In this document: piece after piece, positions 1 to 13,700 of the stretch
Numbering within the stretch: position 1 is the stretch's first letter
How the letters are laid out: every line of letters begins with the position of its first letter
Source: Ramazzottius varieornatus
Taxonomy: Eukaryota; Animalia; Tardigrada
DNA length: 64,000 nt
Direction: 5' to 3'
Assembly (NCBI GenBank): GCA_001949185.1
Contig: BDGG01000014.1
Location: forward strand, 248,001-312,000
The notes under the pieces: model-generated
Told to the model about the DNA's origin: nothing
The model's database searches: none
What the model saw: the letters and a program-made list of their open reading frames with translations, nothing else
Program-made: the position numbers and the translations under genes

Positions 1-1078
1 TCAAAAGGATTACAGGTACAAATCAACGCTGTGTGAGGTCATTTTGTAGTCGGAAATTGAGTCAAAAATTCGCAATCTTCAAGCTTTCCCAACGTAGCCA
101 CTTAACGACTTGTCATCTCATAGTAGGGCGCGACAAGCACATATATACTTCAAAAGCACAAAACGCAGCCCTGCCCCTGAATGACCGGTTCGGCTTTTTT
201 TATATATGTTGCAATCGGCGTTGACCGTTGTTCGACGTTATCGATATTACTGCTGTATAACCCACACTAGTCAACGGACTTCAGGATCGTGTCACTCAAG
301 GTAACAAGCACTTGTGACTACTTACGTAGGAGGGAGAAGGTTTGAGACGTTATCCCGCAGGCCGCAGCATCCCGATGACCGGGTTTGATCGAAAGAGCGG
401 CCCAGTTGGCAGCGGGCCAAGCTATGGCTGAACGAGACGTACCATTCAGTGTCATAATCCTGTTTACGGAATATACTGCAGGGTCCGGAAAACTTTCGAT
501 TGCAAATCTTTGCTCTGTCTTCGTTTAGGTTAACTGAGAACACCCCACAACGAGTGCCTAATTTGATAGGGGCCATGCTTACCCAAGAAGGAAACCAATC
601 TGTCTGGCGAACATCAAACATGCTTTATCTTCCTGTTAACAAAGGCGTCACCCTCTGTGCACATAGCCTCATCTTGGTTGACAGTTCTGTCTGTGCGTCG
701 CCACTCATTAGCTGCAGGATTCAAGCTACGAGAAGGAGGAGGGGTGCCGTTTCCGTCTTTCAGCACGGGCTGAAAATAGAGCAGCACCTTCCCGCACAGT
801 ATACGCGGCTGGCCTAATTCTGGGCATGGAAAAAGTTGAGGGCAGCACAAGCTGGAGGTAATTTAACGCAAAGTATGTCGTATCCGATCAGAAACCAGCC
901 ATGCGACGGAGGGGACCCTAGGCCAGGAGGTCAGGGCATGGCGGGTAGGGGGCGTAAAGGAAGTCAAAGTTTCGCAATGCGCTCCTTGTTGTACGTTGTC
1001 ATTACAGGTTCTGTAATCTGTACTCCTTCATAAGATTCCCATCTCGATAAACTTTACCTTGTAAAACGTAGGAAGGTC

Positions 1079-1586
1079 TCAAGAGCAGGAACCGCCGAAA
1101 GTACACCGAAGGAAGTCTGAGAGATGCAATGCGCGCAGTGGCGGACGAGATGACAGCTCGGAAAGCGTCGCTAACGTCTCGCGTTCCGCGGATGACGGTT
1201 GTCCGCCACGAAAGATCTCCCGCAGCTCAGAAGACTGGCCGGAAGACGAAGCCGGATCCGACAGAAGAGGCTTTACTCGTGGACGTGTTGATCGCTTTTG
1301 GGAAAAGCCGATTCCCCGTGAACAAACACCATCTACGTACATTCGCGGGTGAAATGGGCTTTAGGTAAGGTATGGCTTGGTTTCTTGGAAGTATTCAGTG
1401 AGATCGATTCTTCTTTCCTTGATAGGTATAGGCACGATCTTTAGCGAGAAATGGGACCGTCGCTTTCTGCGTGACCATGAGAAACAGATTCTTCTTCGTA
1501 TGGGATGCAACGTTGATCGAGAGAAGGCGTGTCGGGATTCATTCCAGGGTTTGAAAAAAGGAAAGTCTACGCCGCAAGAGGATTGA
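1079..1586 (+). mobile_element. Degenerate pogo/Fot1-like transposase N-terminus (psq HTH + CENP-B-type HTH)
   Basis: Translates to RNRRKYTEGSLRDAMRAVADEMTARKASLTSRVPRMTV (psq-like HTH), then GRKTKPDPTEEALLVDVLIAFGKSRFPV. After an intron it continues EKWDRRFLRDHEKQILLRMGCNVDREKA, a Fot1-like pattern. No intact DDE domain follows. Confidence 0.6.
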
Positions 1587-3503
1587 AGCATGTCCCCTCA
1601 CACGCGGACGGAACTACTAGAGACGCTGTCAGCACTTTGTTTTGCGGTGATGCAACCTGAGAACATGTACAAGTCTCTGGTTCTTTTCGATCGAACTATG
1701 CATCTGCAAAGTATTTTTGATAACACTGATGGTAAACTCTACATCGCTGCGAACGTTCCAGAAGTTATGGACTGCGACGTCCTGAGGTATCATTTCGAAA
1801 AGACATCCTGCCGACTGCGCCTCAGCAGGTATCGTGTTTTGAATATTACGAAATCTCTTATCAAGAACTGTTGAAAGCGTGTCGTTTCGCTGAAAGGATT
1901 GTGAGCTGCCATTTTGACTCTGATCTAAGTGTACTGTAGTACTTCTTGGACTTCGCGAACTGACGTCACAGTACGCGAAGAGTTCACTGTTATGATGAAG
2001 CATACAGCGCAGGCTTACTATGACGAAATTCGCAAAGTTTGAGAAACATTACGGTATTGTTCCGCAGTGTGTTGTTATATGCAATGGGCACTACAGCCAT
2101 GTAAAGAACGCTCGGCTTTTCAAGTGATGCAAGGACTCCGGCAAGGACATCAGACTCATGTGTCTGCCTGCGGGACAAACGAACAGCCGTTGGACAGCTG
2201 TGTGTTTGGATGTATGAAAAACATGTGGGAAAAGTAGAAAGCATGATACCTTGAAAGAATGGGAAAGAGTTAGTCTGAGATGTGACTGTGGTTAATACTG
2301 CACATTGGCAAAGTCTACGTCGGCAAGACCAGTAAGAGAATTGGGACTGCTGCTGAAAACGCAGAAGAAAGAAAGATCCAGCAGTAACAGGATATCGCGT
2401 TACAGAGCCTCTTCATCCCACTGAGATGCAAAACCTGAGGATCATGGGGACCAGCTGCGACCGAGCTGATCAACGCGATCCTGAAGAAGCTTGTTGGCGG
2501 TTCGCGTCCACTGATTAGGGCTATCCACCCTTCACAAAAAAATTATAACTCGGTCATCTTCCATCTGATCAGCCTGAACTTTGGATCTAAAGAAGCGCCG
2601 ATGAGTTATGCAGAAGGCTGCGTTAGACGTTTCAAATCGACCCAGACAGCCCCAGACGAAAAAAAATTCAATCCTGAACATTTTGCCCGCTGACCAAAAT
2701 ACCAAGTCCGAAATGAGTTTCTCCAAATTAGAAGTAATGCCAACGGTTCAGGAATCGACTTTTTGTGTTTTGACACCGGGAGCTCATTCGAGGCATTTTT
2801 ACGATGCGATAGAGCAACTCAAGAGCAACCTATCGCGCTTGAAAGAGTATCAACAGATTTACGAGATATTGATGCGGGAACGATGTATGCGACGATGGGT
2901 TTTTCTGAAACGCAATGTCCCAAAATGAAACTAAAGTATTCATTCAAGCCGAGCATTAACACTGCAATAACGTTCAAAAATGTAAATGCAGGTTCATGCC
3001 GTCATTCTACATTCTACAGTACTCTGGCTGTCTCTCTCTGTCAGCTTTGCTTACTCTGGCTTAACTCATGCACAGTTCGTTGTTCGTTAGCTTACAGTGC
3101 AGTCCGGTCGCTCGAAATGTGTACACACGTTTTCGTTTCAGTTTAAGGGATGCTAAACGTCCGCCAAACAGCGTGCCAAGCAAAAGGTGAAAATAACGTC
3201 ACACGTACAGTGCACCGTGCTCTGACTGGGGTAATCAAGTAATCAAGTCGCACGTTTCCGTCTGTGTGCTCGTGGTGAGTAGTATTGTTAACTTTGAATG
3301 ATTTTCGTGGTCAGAATTATAAAATTTTGTAACATTATCCAGAGGTTCTTTTCTTCCCAGAGGGCTATAAAATTTCAAAGTTTTGTTGCCGGCTTCTTTG
3401 TGTGCGGCCTTTTGCGGCATTCTCAGGTCCGACGAACCTTTTTTCTCTATAAACTAGGCTAAGCAAAGCACTTTTCGGAATTTTCGTATGATTTAGGGTT
3501 TTC

Positions 3504-3825
3504 CAGTCCACTCGTTCGAAATCCGTACACTATTCTTCGATTTCTATTTGCTATCAGTACACAACCGTACAGATTGCAGAAGAAGGCGACGTCTTCTGCA
3601 CAAAAAAAAGAAGGCGACGTCGATAGGCTGTGGACAATCAATTTATCAACTACTATTTTTCTATATCAATATCAACTACTATTTTTCTACCATATGAAAT
3701 GCCTTCACTTTGCGATTCGAAAGGCTAAACAATCAGAAAGCTTCCTGGCCAGCCCTCCTGTGATCATGGTGATTTTGGCAAGTTGAAATAGAATAGTAGT
3801 GTACGGATTTCGAACAAGGGGGCTG
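3504..3825. mobile_element. Tigger/pogo-like MITE
   Basis: Imperfect TIRs CAGTCCACTCGTTCGAAATCCGTACACTA / TAGTGTACGGATTTCGAACAAGGGGGCTG followed by TA. Short internal direct duplications are present. Confidence 0.55.
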
Positions 3826-3879
3826 TACTGTAGTTTGACAGTACCCGTTTGTCCTCCGCACTAGATTCTCTCGCTTTAA

Positions 3880-4763
3880 CCAGGGTCAGTTGAGTACTGG
3901 TCGTACAGCTGTATAACACGGTAATACCGGATCAGTGAAAACACAATCTCAGGCTTGATTGGAGAAAGCGAAAATACACGGACACGCCCATCAAAACTGA
4001 TGACGTCATAATTTACTGAAAATAAAGTGTAAAGCAACAGCACAGTAACAGGATAAGTGGGTAGCACTGGGCACCGTCAGCTAACCTGAAAGAAAAGCAG
4101 TCAGGTTGCCAATGATGCATCACACATCCTACGATGTCTTCCGTGAAGGCTGATCACTCACTTCAAGTAGGAGAATCGGGAGAAAGGGGAAGGGGAGACA
4201 GGAATTGAACGCCGAGCAAGGGATGACAGGAAGGCAGGCAAGCTACCACCGGGCTTCGTCGGCCAACCGGAAACAAAGTCAGTCAGGCAACCGGTTAGCC
4301 ACCACACGTGCTCAGGTGACCTCTGTGAAACTGGTGACACTTACTTACTTGATCCTGGAGTATGGGAAGCAAGATGGAAAAGGTGGATACGAGGAGATTC
4401 AGGAAACAAAAAAGAAAATCGAGGAATCATCCTAATTCTGACGCAATGCATGCGTCAGTTCACGCATACCAGGTTGGCGTGTGCATGTTCTTGTCGCGTA
4501 CCATTGTAAGGTACCAAATTTATCGCGCATCAGTCTACAGCTCGGACGGTGTGTGTACGTGGATGACGAGTTTCATTATAAGTGTACCAAAGTTACCACG
4601 CATCACTCTACTATTGCTGGGCGGAGAGCGCTTGCACCTGAACCAGTCAAAACCTGGTTTATCCTGGTTTAGGCGAAGCTTGTGTGAAGTTTCCCACAAA
4701 GCTGAGGCCATTTCAACCGTTCGAGCAATCAACCTCCCAGACCAGTACTCAACTGATCCTGCT
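3880..4763. mobile_element. piggyBac-like non-autonomous element (TTAA-flanked)
   Basis: TTAA(3876-3879)-CCAGGGTCAGTTGAGTACTGGTC ... GACCAGTACTCAACTGATCCTGCT-TTAA(4764-4767). This is a ~23 bp imperfect inverted repeat with TTAA on both sides. Confidence 0.5.
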
Positions 4764-4769
4764 TTAACA

Positions 4770-5000
4770 TACTTGGCATACGCGTTCACAAACCACGCAG
4801 AATGAATGGACTCGGTTATTACTGTATACCCAGTATTCCACCTGGCACGATCCAGTTGTGGAAATTTTCCGGAACCTTGCAAACTTCGTCTCCCGTCAGA
4901 AAATCAACCACCGACAAACCATTACTCCTTCAAATCTTCCGGCTGGAAACTCCAAATCTACGGCGTTCCTCGGCATCAGCTACAACCGAGTGCATTCTTT
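4770..5000 (-). pseudogene. Fragment of a class I SAM-dependent methyltransferase paralog
   Basis: 4835-4980 is colinear and similar at the nucleotide level to 5701-5850 (for example CCATTACTCCTTCAAATCTTCCGGCTGGAAACTCCAAAT vs CCATTATTCCTTCAAAGCTTCCGTCTGGAAATTCCAAAT). The reading frame is disrupted. Confidence 0.6.
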
Positions 5001-5388
5001 CCCCGACACGGCTTTCCACAGTTACATATAATATTACAGGTCGTTGTTGACGTCTGGTGGAAGTCATGTGACCCGAAAGACAAAACACTAGTTTACAGAA
5101 AGACGTTTGAAATATTAGGATCTGATCAATGTGAACTGTGAAGAAAGATAGAAGTTTTTGAATGGAAATAGGGGTGGCCAGATACTTTTGGGGCTCAGTA
5201 TATGCGAGACCGAAATATCAGAAAAGAGATTCACGATAAATGGAGTTTCAATTGAGAATCAAAATCTATCCAGTCAATTGGCCTCACTTTGTATTTGTAA
5301 ACCAAGCGCATGCACATTATCAAGTCAAATCCCGCTAGTGCAACATACTTTTACACTGACGCTCACTTCTTGTCGTGAAAGCCAATGG

Positions 5389-6154
5389 TTAAGATAATGG
5401 ATAAAGTTTTTGAGCAATAGCTCCGACTCCTTCTCTCCCACCCACTTGGTTCTCCTTCAGGTAAAGAGGGCGTCTTTCGTATCTGATCTTCTCAATGACA
5501 AATCCAGCTCGTTCCAGCTCCCTTCGCAACATGTATTCGTCATAGTGAATAGATTTAGCCGGCAGAGTGATGTTAGCCTCAAACTGCGGACCACTTTCTG
5601 TTTGAAACACACCGGGCCACTCCTCGCTGTTTCTCTTTCTCTCAAGGTACTTTGGGTACTCGTTCACGTACCAGGCTCAGCACACAAACACGTAACACAG
5701 ATTTTGCCGCCTGGTATGAGCCACTTGTGAAACTTTTCCAAAACCTTACGAACTTCACCACCCGTCAAGAAGTTGAACCACCGGCAAGCCATTATTCCTT
5801 CAAAGCTTCCGTCTGGAAATTCCAAATTCACAACGTTCTCTAGCACGAGGTGCAATGGAGATCTTTCTTCCTCCGATATGGCATCCTAGAGGACTTTCAG
5901 ATGTTCTTCCGATAGATCGTTAGCAGTGATAATCGCTCCGGCTTTCAGCAACTGTTTCGTCGTGAAACCGTAACCGACACCGAAATCCCCAGTAAGTAAA
6001 ATCTTCGATGAACTCTTGACACGCTCGACGAACTCACCCCCAAAGACTCCTAGTCGATTGCAGAACCCATATTATTCTTCTTTCGGAAGAGCTTCTCGCC
6101 CAGACGCTCGTTCTCAAGAATCCGGTCGACATCAGCAAGGTTGGATTCACCCAT
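5389..6154 (-). pseudogene. Intronless class I SAM-dependent methyltransferase pseudogene
   Basis: Contains motif I GDFGVGYG, ITANDLSEEHL, EFPDGSFEGIMACRWFNFL, KWLIPGGKI and a C-terminal RELERAGF...GREGVGAIAQK. In-frame stops at ~6050 and 5886-5888 plus frameshifts break the gene. Confidence 0.75.
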
Positions 6155-6386
6155 CAGACTTACAAAGATAAGAAAGACGGAAAACCTCAGTCACTTCCTG
6201 CGGAAGGCTGCAAAACGGTATGATACGCAGTACCCGTATCTAAGCCTCTGTTGGGAGATCACTCAACAAAGGCACAAAATTTGGAAGCCGATGTGCTCGT
6301 GATAGCAGCACGTGTACACTGTGAACACGCGCGCGATAGATCGGCGCTCGAAGTCTCGAAGGCATACCCGTGGTCTAAAAACTGTA

Positions 6387-6550
6387 CACACACGACGGAA
6401 AATTATGGGACAGGCGGAAAGGACGGTAAACCGGAAATTCGACCGTAGAAAAGTGTCAAAAAGTGTTTTTACTGTGAATCGGTCGCATACGTACGTGTTT
6501 CCGTACAGCCGTAGCGAAATGGTCTGTCCCACAATTTCCCACTGTGCGTG
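6387..6550. mobile_element. Short MITE, family A (TA-flanked, TIR CACGCACGACGGGAAATTATGGGACAG-like)
   Basis: TA-CACACACGACGGAAAATTATGGGACAG ... CTGTCCCACAATTTCCCACTGTGCGTG-TA. The same TIR bounds 14978-15422 and 17741-18186. Confidence 0.65.
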
Positions 6551-7785
6551 TACTCGCTAAAACTCACCAACGAAGTACCAAGTCGGAATATGCGGATGAG
6601 ACATCAAGAAAAGTGCGCGTTGTTGATACGAGTTCCAGTAGCGCCACCATGACCATCGCGGAATGCGCGTGATTCGATCATTTTATTCACTTCCTGACCC
6701 TCGTGCTCAGCCGCAAAAATTATTCAGCCCTAGTCCTCCAAAATTCGGGACTGTCTTTAGGGTGCATCGTCAAATGAGTGTTGACGCTCCAATTTTCATT
6801 CCAACTGTTTTGACTCCGAACGACCCTATCTCAAGCATCAGGTTATAATGAAGACTGAATGGCACCGCGTGGCGCAAGTGGGATTTGCGCAGAAGCGAAT
6901 CAACAAGCAAATGGTGACATGATCGAGCAGAAAGATCTGTTGCGCATGCGCAGTCACGCCATTGGCCGGTTTTTATCGTTGCACATGCGCACATCCGCCC
7001 CACAAGAGTGCTAAGACTTTGCTTGGCGTCACTTGCTCAATTACTGTGTGGCAAGTTTGCCGTACCTCGAATTAGTCGGTACAAGACTATCAAATAGCTA
7101 CAGTATTGCAGAAGCAGCCATTCAATGCGTTTGGACAAGAAACTTCTGCATGCTCCCATGGTGACACGTTTCTTGTACTCGTAGATTGAGCCATGAGCTT
7201 ATTCTGGCGGGCCATCAGTGGCAAAATGTGAATTACACGCTAACGTAACTCGCAATTCCATATTTTACGGAGCAATCTTCTTTGTCCAGACAACCTAATC
7301 TCTGTATTCTGCGTCCAGTAGGAGATACACGGGCCATCGCATCCTTCTATCTGACATTTCCTGGCCTTAAACTGGACATCGCGAACCCAGTGGTCGGTCG
7401 CCATTGCGACGATGGTTATGTTAAGATCAAGCTTGCTTACCACCAAAAGTTACCTTCATTAGCGAACCTGAAGCATGAGTCGTCTTTTATTGAACTAAAC
7501 ATGACAGGCAGGCTTTGACCAGCTGAAAACACCAAGGACATTCTTACTTGGCGCTCCAATGGCTGTTTCATCACTGGAACAAGGATTCGCCTTTACTGCC
7601 TCTCCGCACTTCCATCCCCTTCGCTTTATCTCGAATTATATCTTGGTTTGAATGCAAACGGAGCTGTTTTTCTGATATAAAATGTTGAAGATGTTGAAGG
7701 ACCTTTACCTACACACCAAATATCTGAAAAGGATCGTGAGAAGTACAGCCGCCAAGATCAAAACTAGGTTGGTCGTAATTGATAA

Positions 7786-10700
7786 ATGAGATACTCCAAG
7801 ACTTTTACTGGAACCTCTAGTGGACGTTACTTTTCTGTTAACAGTTGGGTAAAGGCCGAAACTCATACTGTGCTCCGTCATCTGTACGATACTTCACTTC
7901 CACAGAATGACGAATGGCCGGAACACCGAAAGTCGGAGTTAGCAGCGAAAAGGCGCATCTACGAGTACGCTCAGCATATTGCTGGTGGACCGCAACAAAT
8001 TAAGCTGATACCCGAAGCTGAACTGTTCTCCGACTCTTACAAGGTACAACGAAGAAAAGGCTTGCCTTCTCGTGATCAAATTTTACTACATTAAATATTT
8101 GCTGCTATCGCGCAACACGTCATGATGTTAGGTGCTGAAGTATGACTTGTTACTCCTGAAAACACCCTATCAATTAAATTTCTTAGTTACAGTCCCCCTT
8201 GTCCGTTTAGCCTGCCCCTTTTTCCACTCACTCTGTCAAGTCCTAGCTATTGTTTGGCGTTCCATTGACCCAAGTTTTTCAGCTTCGCTGTTGGGCAGGA
8301 ATGGTTTTGTCGCAATCAGGGCTAACCGAAATTTAGGCGATTCAACTGTTTGAATTTTCTCGAGGCGTCAACCCATCCCACACAACCGCGAAGATATGCT
8401 TTGTTTCTCGTGATGAAGAACCCATCAGTTGAGCCGTTGGAGGTTGGGTAAGTTTTCTCAGCTCTGGAAATTTCTAAGTCGGAAGTCATCCCTAGAGAAG
8501 ACCGAAACTGCAGTTGGACAACAAGGTGCTCGGGGAGTCTGTTGAATCCGATTCTCCCCGAACTTTTTTAAATTCCTTGCGAGACTTTAAGGAATCACTA
8601 AATCTTTGCTGGACATTCGGACAAAAAAGGGAAGGCAAAAAACTTATGGAATCGGATTCCCCGTTCACCGCGCGCACCTTACGATGAACGCAGAATTTGT
8701 CTTTCCGTAACCTCAAGTTTTTGAATGCGAGCCAACCGATCCCCAGTCACGAAGACTGGACTCTGTAAGACGTTCTGAAGCAAAATGAAATGTCTCGAAA
8801 GAGCGGAAGTACCGCAGAAAATATCGAATCGTGAGCGGCACCAAAGGAAAATTATGGTTGCTGTCTGGTTGCTCTCTTATAGTCAATACCGATGTAAAAT
8901 CCTTTTGCCCAGTATAGCGATAACTGCAGACTAGACCTCTGGAACGGGTAAGAATGATAAAAAAAACTGCCGTTCATAAAACCAAATTATTCATTTGACT
9001 CAAAGTGCTACTGTTGCCAGTCAGCTCTAGAGTGCAATTTGAACAACAGGCTTCCGCAAAACTGCAGGAGATGAAGCTGGAAACTCTCCTTCATACACAA
9101 GAAAGTGGGGATCTGGTACTATCGGACTATCACCATGTCGAAAAATTAGAGCACATCCGCTGAGAAAGAAAAATTTCCTCCAGAGAAGCTACAAAATAAT
9201 GACTGCAGAGAGTTCATCTTTTCACTTCCCCATACTCCTACAGTAAAGGCACGAGCACGATGCCGAAAAAATAACCGAAGTACCTTGGTAGTATGGGTGC
9301 ATAATCTAATCAAAAATTTCGAGGTTTGAAGTCAGGAGAAATTTTTGAATTTCTTTCGTCGGAGGAGTAGCAAGTCATACTTGCGCACCTGATACAAGTG
9401 AAGTACAGCCCCGGTCCGGTTTCACTGTCTGCGCAGAGCACAACTCCGTACGGGGGTGCATCGTCACGTACGTATACGTACTGCGCGATAGCTCGAATAT
9501 TTACAGTATTCTCGTGTGAACACGCAACCTCACTAGGACTGCATTAACACTTAGAAGACCACGCAATTCCGAGCTCTGGGAGTAGGAGGGGGGTAGATCA
9601 CCTTCCCCAGTTTTTAACTGGCTGAAATCGTGTGGTGGGGTCAGATCGGGCCAATCACCACATGTATGCTTCGCATTTTTCGAGTAAAATGCGCCACTAA
9701 GTGAACCAAAGTGCCAGACCTTTTTAATTTGCTCTGACCACTGGCCACACAGCATGGAACATACTGGAGCGTCTAACACGGTACCAATTTACTAGCTCTG
9801 TGTCCAGTTTTTAAGGAAGCTTTCCGTTAGCCAGCTTTTGAGTAAAAATTTGGTCTGTCAACTCAAGACACAATGTGGTCAAAAACAAAATAGTCTCTCG
9901 AAATGTTCAGAAATAGTCTCTCGAAATTTTCCTTTTTTTACTGAAAGCGACGAATTTTCGAAAGCAAACGCGAAAATTTGAGACGAAAAGGTTCAACAGT
10001 AGCTATTCCGCAAGGCTTTTGGGGTGCGCCAGGCGACCGGGGTACCTCCTTGGTTTTTTAATTGTTAATGTCTCCACAACTGTTAACCTAATTTGATTAC
10101 GAGACGGCAAGCTCATTTTTCATTGCACAATATTCCCTATTCAGTTAACTAATAACTGGACATTGTTTCGCTATTTTTAGTGGGATATATCTATCCTCAA
10201 AATGAATTTGATCAAAGAAAGTAAGACACTGCAGGCCACTTACGGAGGGAGTGGCTCTTTCAAATCCTTCAAAGATCTGAAGAAGCTGTACAAACAGACC
10301 AAGAAAATGGGACTTCCCCTTAGCCAAAAGCACTGGACCAGTGATTATTGGTTTGGTGCGCAGCGCATACAAGGCGCCAATCCAGTCCTCATAAAACTGG
10401 CCAGGAGCATTCCAACCAAGTAAGCAAGTGCATTTAACAGTGCCCTTCAGCTCTAAACAGTCAATACCATTCGTAAACTTTAGCCTGGATTTCGACCCTT
10501 CTGTCGTCAAAGAAATACTGGGTGGGATGACGCTGCAGGAGGCTGTCGATGCAAAACGAATCTTCAAGATAGATCTGAAAGTGCTAAAAGATTTACCGTG
10601 TGCGGGAGGACGAACAGTAAGCCTTGAAACTAGCAGAATATCCCAATGCACTTTCGTCTGCTAATGCCACTGGTACTGTACTTCGATACTGTGATTGCAG

Positions 10701-13700
10701 ATTTGTTGCCCTATTGCCTTGTTCTACTTGGACCAGAAGAAGAATGATCTACTACCGCTGTGCATCCAGCTTTTCCAAGAGCCAAACGAAACAAATCCCG
10801 TAAGATTTCAAAGTTCTTCAATCTTGCGCGAGGCACTCTGTACCTTATTCGAAATTACAGGTATTCTACCCAACAGATCCACCTTATGCGTAAGTGTACG
10901 CAAAGTAGCTGTTCAGTTCTTAACAAAACTCCAGCAGATTCAGCTCCTCCCTTTCGGATGTTTGCAGGTGGCTGGTGGCGAAGATGTATTATAACAATGC
11001 GGATTCGGCCATGCACCAGTCTATCACCCACCTCGGTAGGCTTTTCTTTTGCAAATTCGTATACTACGTGAAACTTGCGAAACTCTCTCACTGCTGCTAG
11101 GGTTCACCCATATCATAATGGAAGGGACAGTCATTTGTACTCATCGGCACCTGTCAGAAGCACATCCAATGTTCAAGCTTATGGCTCCACATTTTCTTTT
11201 TCTCTTGGCCATCAACAAGTATGCAATACTTACATTGCTTCCTGCACACGTCCACGCGTGCAACGGAAGGTTTATTCTTCAGGCGAGGCCTTGACAAGCT
11301 GATCAACATAGGGGGATGGGTCGACAAAACCACAGTGTATGGTGTCGAAGGAATGCTTGAAGTTATGAGGCGGAAGTGAGTTCTTGTGATTGTTTGAGGA
11401 ACGAACACCGGCAAGTTTGTTTTCCCAAGTGACGCGAGCCGCCATTGTTATTAGCTGACAACGTGCGCCACTTGGGAACATGATGTGGAGATTAATCTAC
11501 CAACATCCCCTTTTCAACCCTGCGCACAAATTACTCCAGCACTTCTTCTTTTACTGAAGGCTTGACGTGTGGAAACTCGACGAGGATCCAATACCGCCGG
11601 CAGACTGCGCAAGGCGAGGGGTGCTGGACAAATTCGTTTTACCTTACTACCCTTACCGCGATGACGCCGTTGCGGTGTACTATCTGATCGAGAAATATGT
11701 GCGGACCGTAGTACGACACTTCTACGGTATGTCCGATTATGCCGTCACTTTCGATCCGGAAGTTTGTGGAAATTTAATGTCTTGTTTTCCAGACAGCCCA
11801 GATAAGATCGAGCACGATTACGAACTACAGAACTGGGCTGCCGAGCTCGTGAGACCGAGGGAAGAAGGGGGCCTCGGATTGAACGTTAGTTACGACTGCT
11901 TCAATGGGATCTCAGTGTGTCGGAAAGTCTTTCTCACTTTATTCTTCCGCAGGGAATTGCCGGTAATGGACGTTTCACCCATGTGGAGCAGATAGTCAGT
12001 GTGATATCCGCTATGATCTGCACATGCAGCGTGGGACACGCTGCTTCGAACTTCATGCAGTATGACGAGTAAGTAATCCCGATATTAGCCCGTTTACGGC
12101 CAAGCATGGACGGGAACTTTTTTCGCACCACTTCAAGAGTGTTTTACCTCATAAATAATTCACGAATACCAGGCAAATAGATCACAGATGCCACGGGTTT
12201 TTGTTTGACGGGAAAACGTTGTATGTTAGGAGTAAACCTCCGTCGTGTTTTTTCTCGACGCCGGCTAAATCAGTGTTAGAGATAAGTAATTTGTTCATGC
12301 AGTTGAGGTATCAAATACATATATAAAATTACGGGAGTTCACCAGTGGATTTCACCGTCGGTAGGTTTTCATCGAACACTGGTGCCGCTCCGCCCTTTAT
12401 CTTTAAGCGCCAGTTAAAATGTGGCGTAAAACCGGTGAAATGGTACTCTTTCGAACGCCTATCTCTTCAAATTCAACAAGAACGAGCAAACTAAGGATTA
12501 GAACTTTTTCTGGTCGCTACTGGCTATTTATGTGCTGGATGTAAGGCTCTGAAGAAAGAACATGCGAAGCGTTTGTGGTGAGAACGGTGTGCATCTCAAA
12601 TAAGGAAAGTGAGCCTTCCTGCTCGGCGAATTGCTGGCACGCTGAAATTCCCCCTTTCCCCGTTTTGTCGTATGGACAAGGCTTACACTCTATTATTACT
12701 AGCCTTCTGCTATCATTCATGCGAGATTTAATAAGGTAGGGTCGAGGATCTGGAAGCACATGCGGAAGACAATGGGCATCGTAAAGTAGGTACGAATTGT
12801 AATATTTGAGGCATCGTGGGGAAAGGATTAAAAAGTAGTGTAGGCACGAGAAATTGTTAATTTTCTTCGAACTTTGATGTGGGACTGCGAAATTGAAACT
12901 CGCTCCGGACCGAGTCTCGATTTCACCGGAAAACCTGGTGGAATTAGACGCTGGTGAAATGTTTCAGCCAATAAACGGTCCCTGGAGGCGGAGCTTCCGC
13001 GCCTGATAGAATCCTACCGGCGGTGGAACTTACTGGTCAACTCTCCCTATTATATACTGTCCACTCGTTCGAGATCCGCACACTAAGCTTGGCAAAAACG
13101 AAAGAAAGTTAGATCAGAGTCTATTTTACCTTAAATCAATCACTTGTATTCTACCGTAGGAAATGCCAGCATTGCGAAAGCAGAGTTGCATAGTCGAACT
13201 GTCAACTTCTGGCCCATGCTTTCGCAATCCATTTGACCGAATGCTGCACTGGCAAGGATTTCTCGTATTGGAAATTGTTTTTGCTTTCGGAGAGCGGAAA
13301 GCGAATGCAGCAGGTTAATTCTGTTGTTGCGTTCGAATGAACAATCGAGAAACCTCATGGCCAACCATCCTGTGCTCATGGTGATTTTGCTAATCTGAAA
13401 CGGAAGAATAATGTACGGATCTCGGAAGAGTGGGAACAAGCTTCATTCTGTGGTTGTTCACCACATATGTTTGTGTGTCCTTGTGTTGGGTAACCAATAA
13501 AAAGTCATCGGTGATCGGGCAAGGGAGTCGGTCAACCATATAGCTGTACAAAAAAGCAGTCCGCGAGCAAAAACGAGCAACACGTCAGAGCGGAGGTAGG
13601 GCTTATGTTGCGAAAGCCAAATCGAATGTAAAGTCGTGCACTCGTTCAACGAGCACGATGGCACGCACATGCAATCTGTAAGCTGTTAATGGAACAGGGT

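Noticed and set aside
322-850. Possible DDE transposase remnant on the minus strand
   Set aside because: Only faint resemblance (DWFPSWV, AMCTEG); no catalytic motif can be supported by eye.
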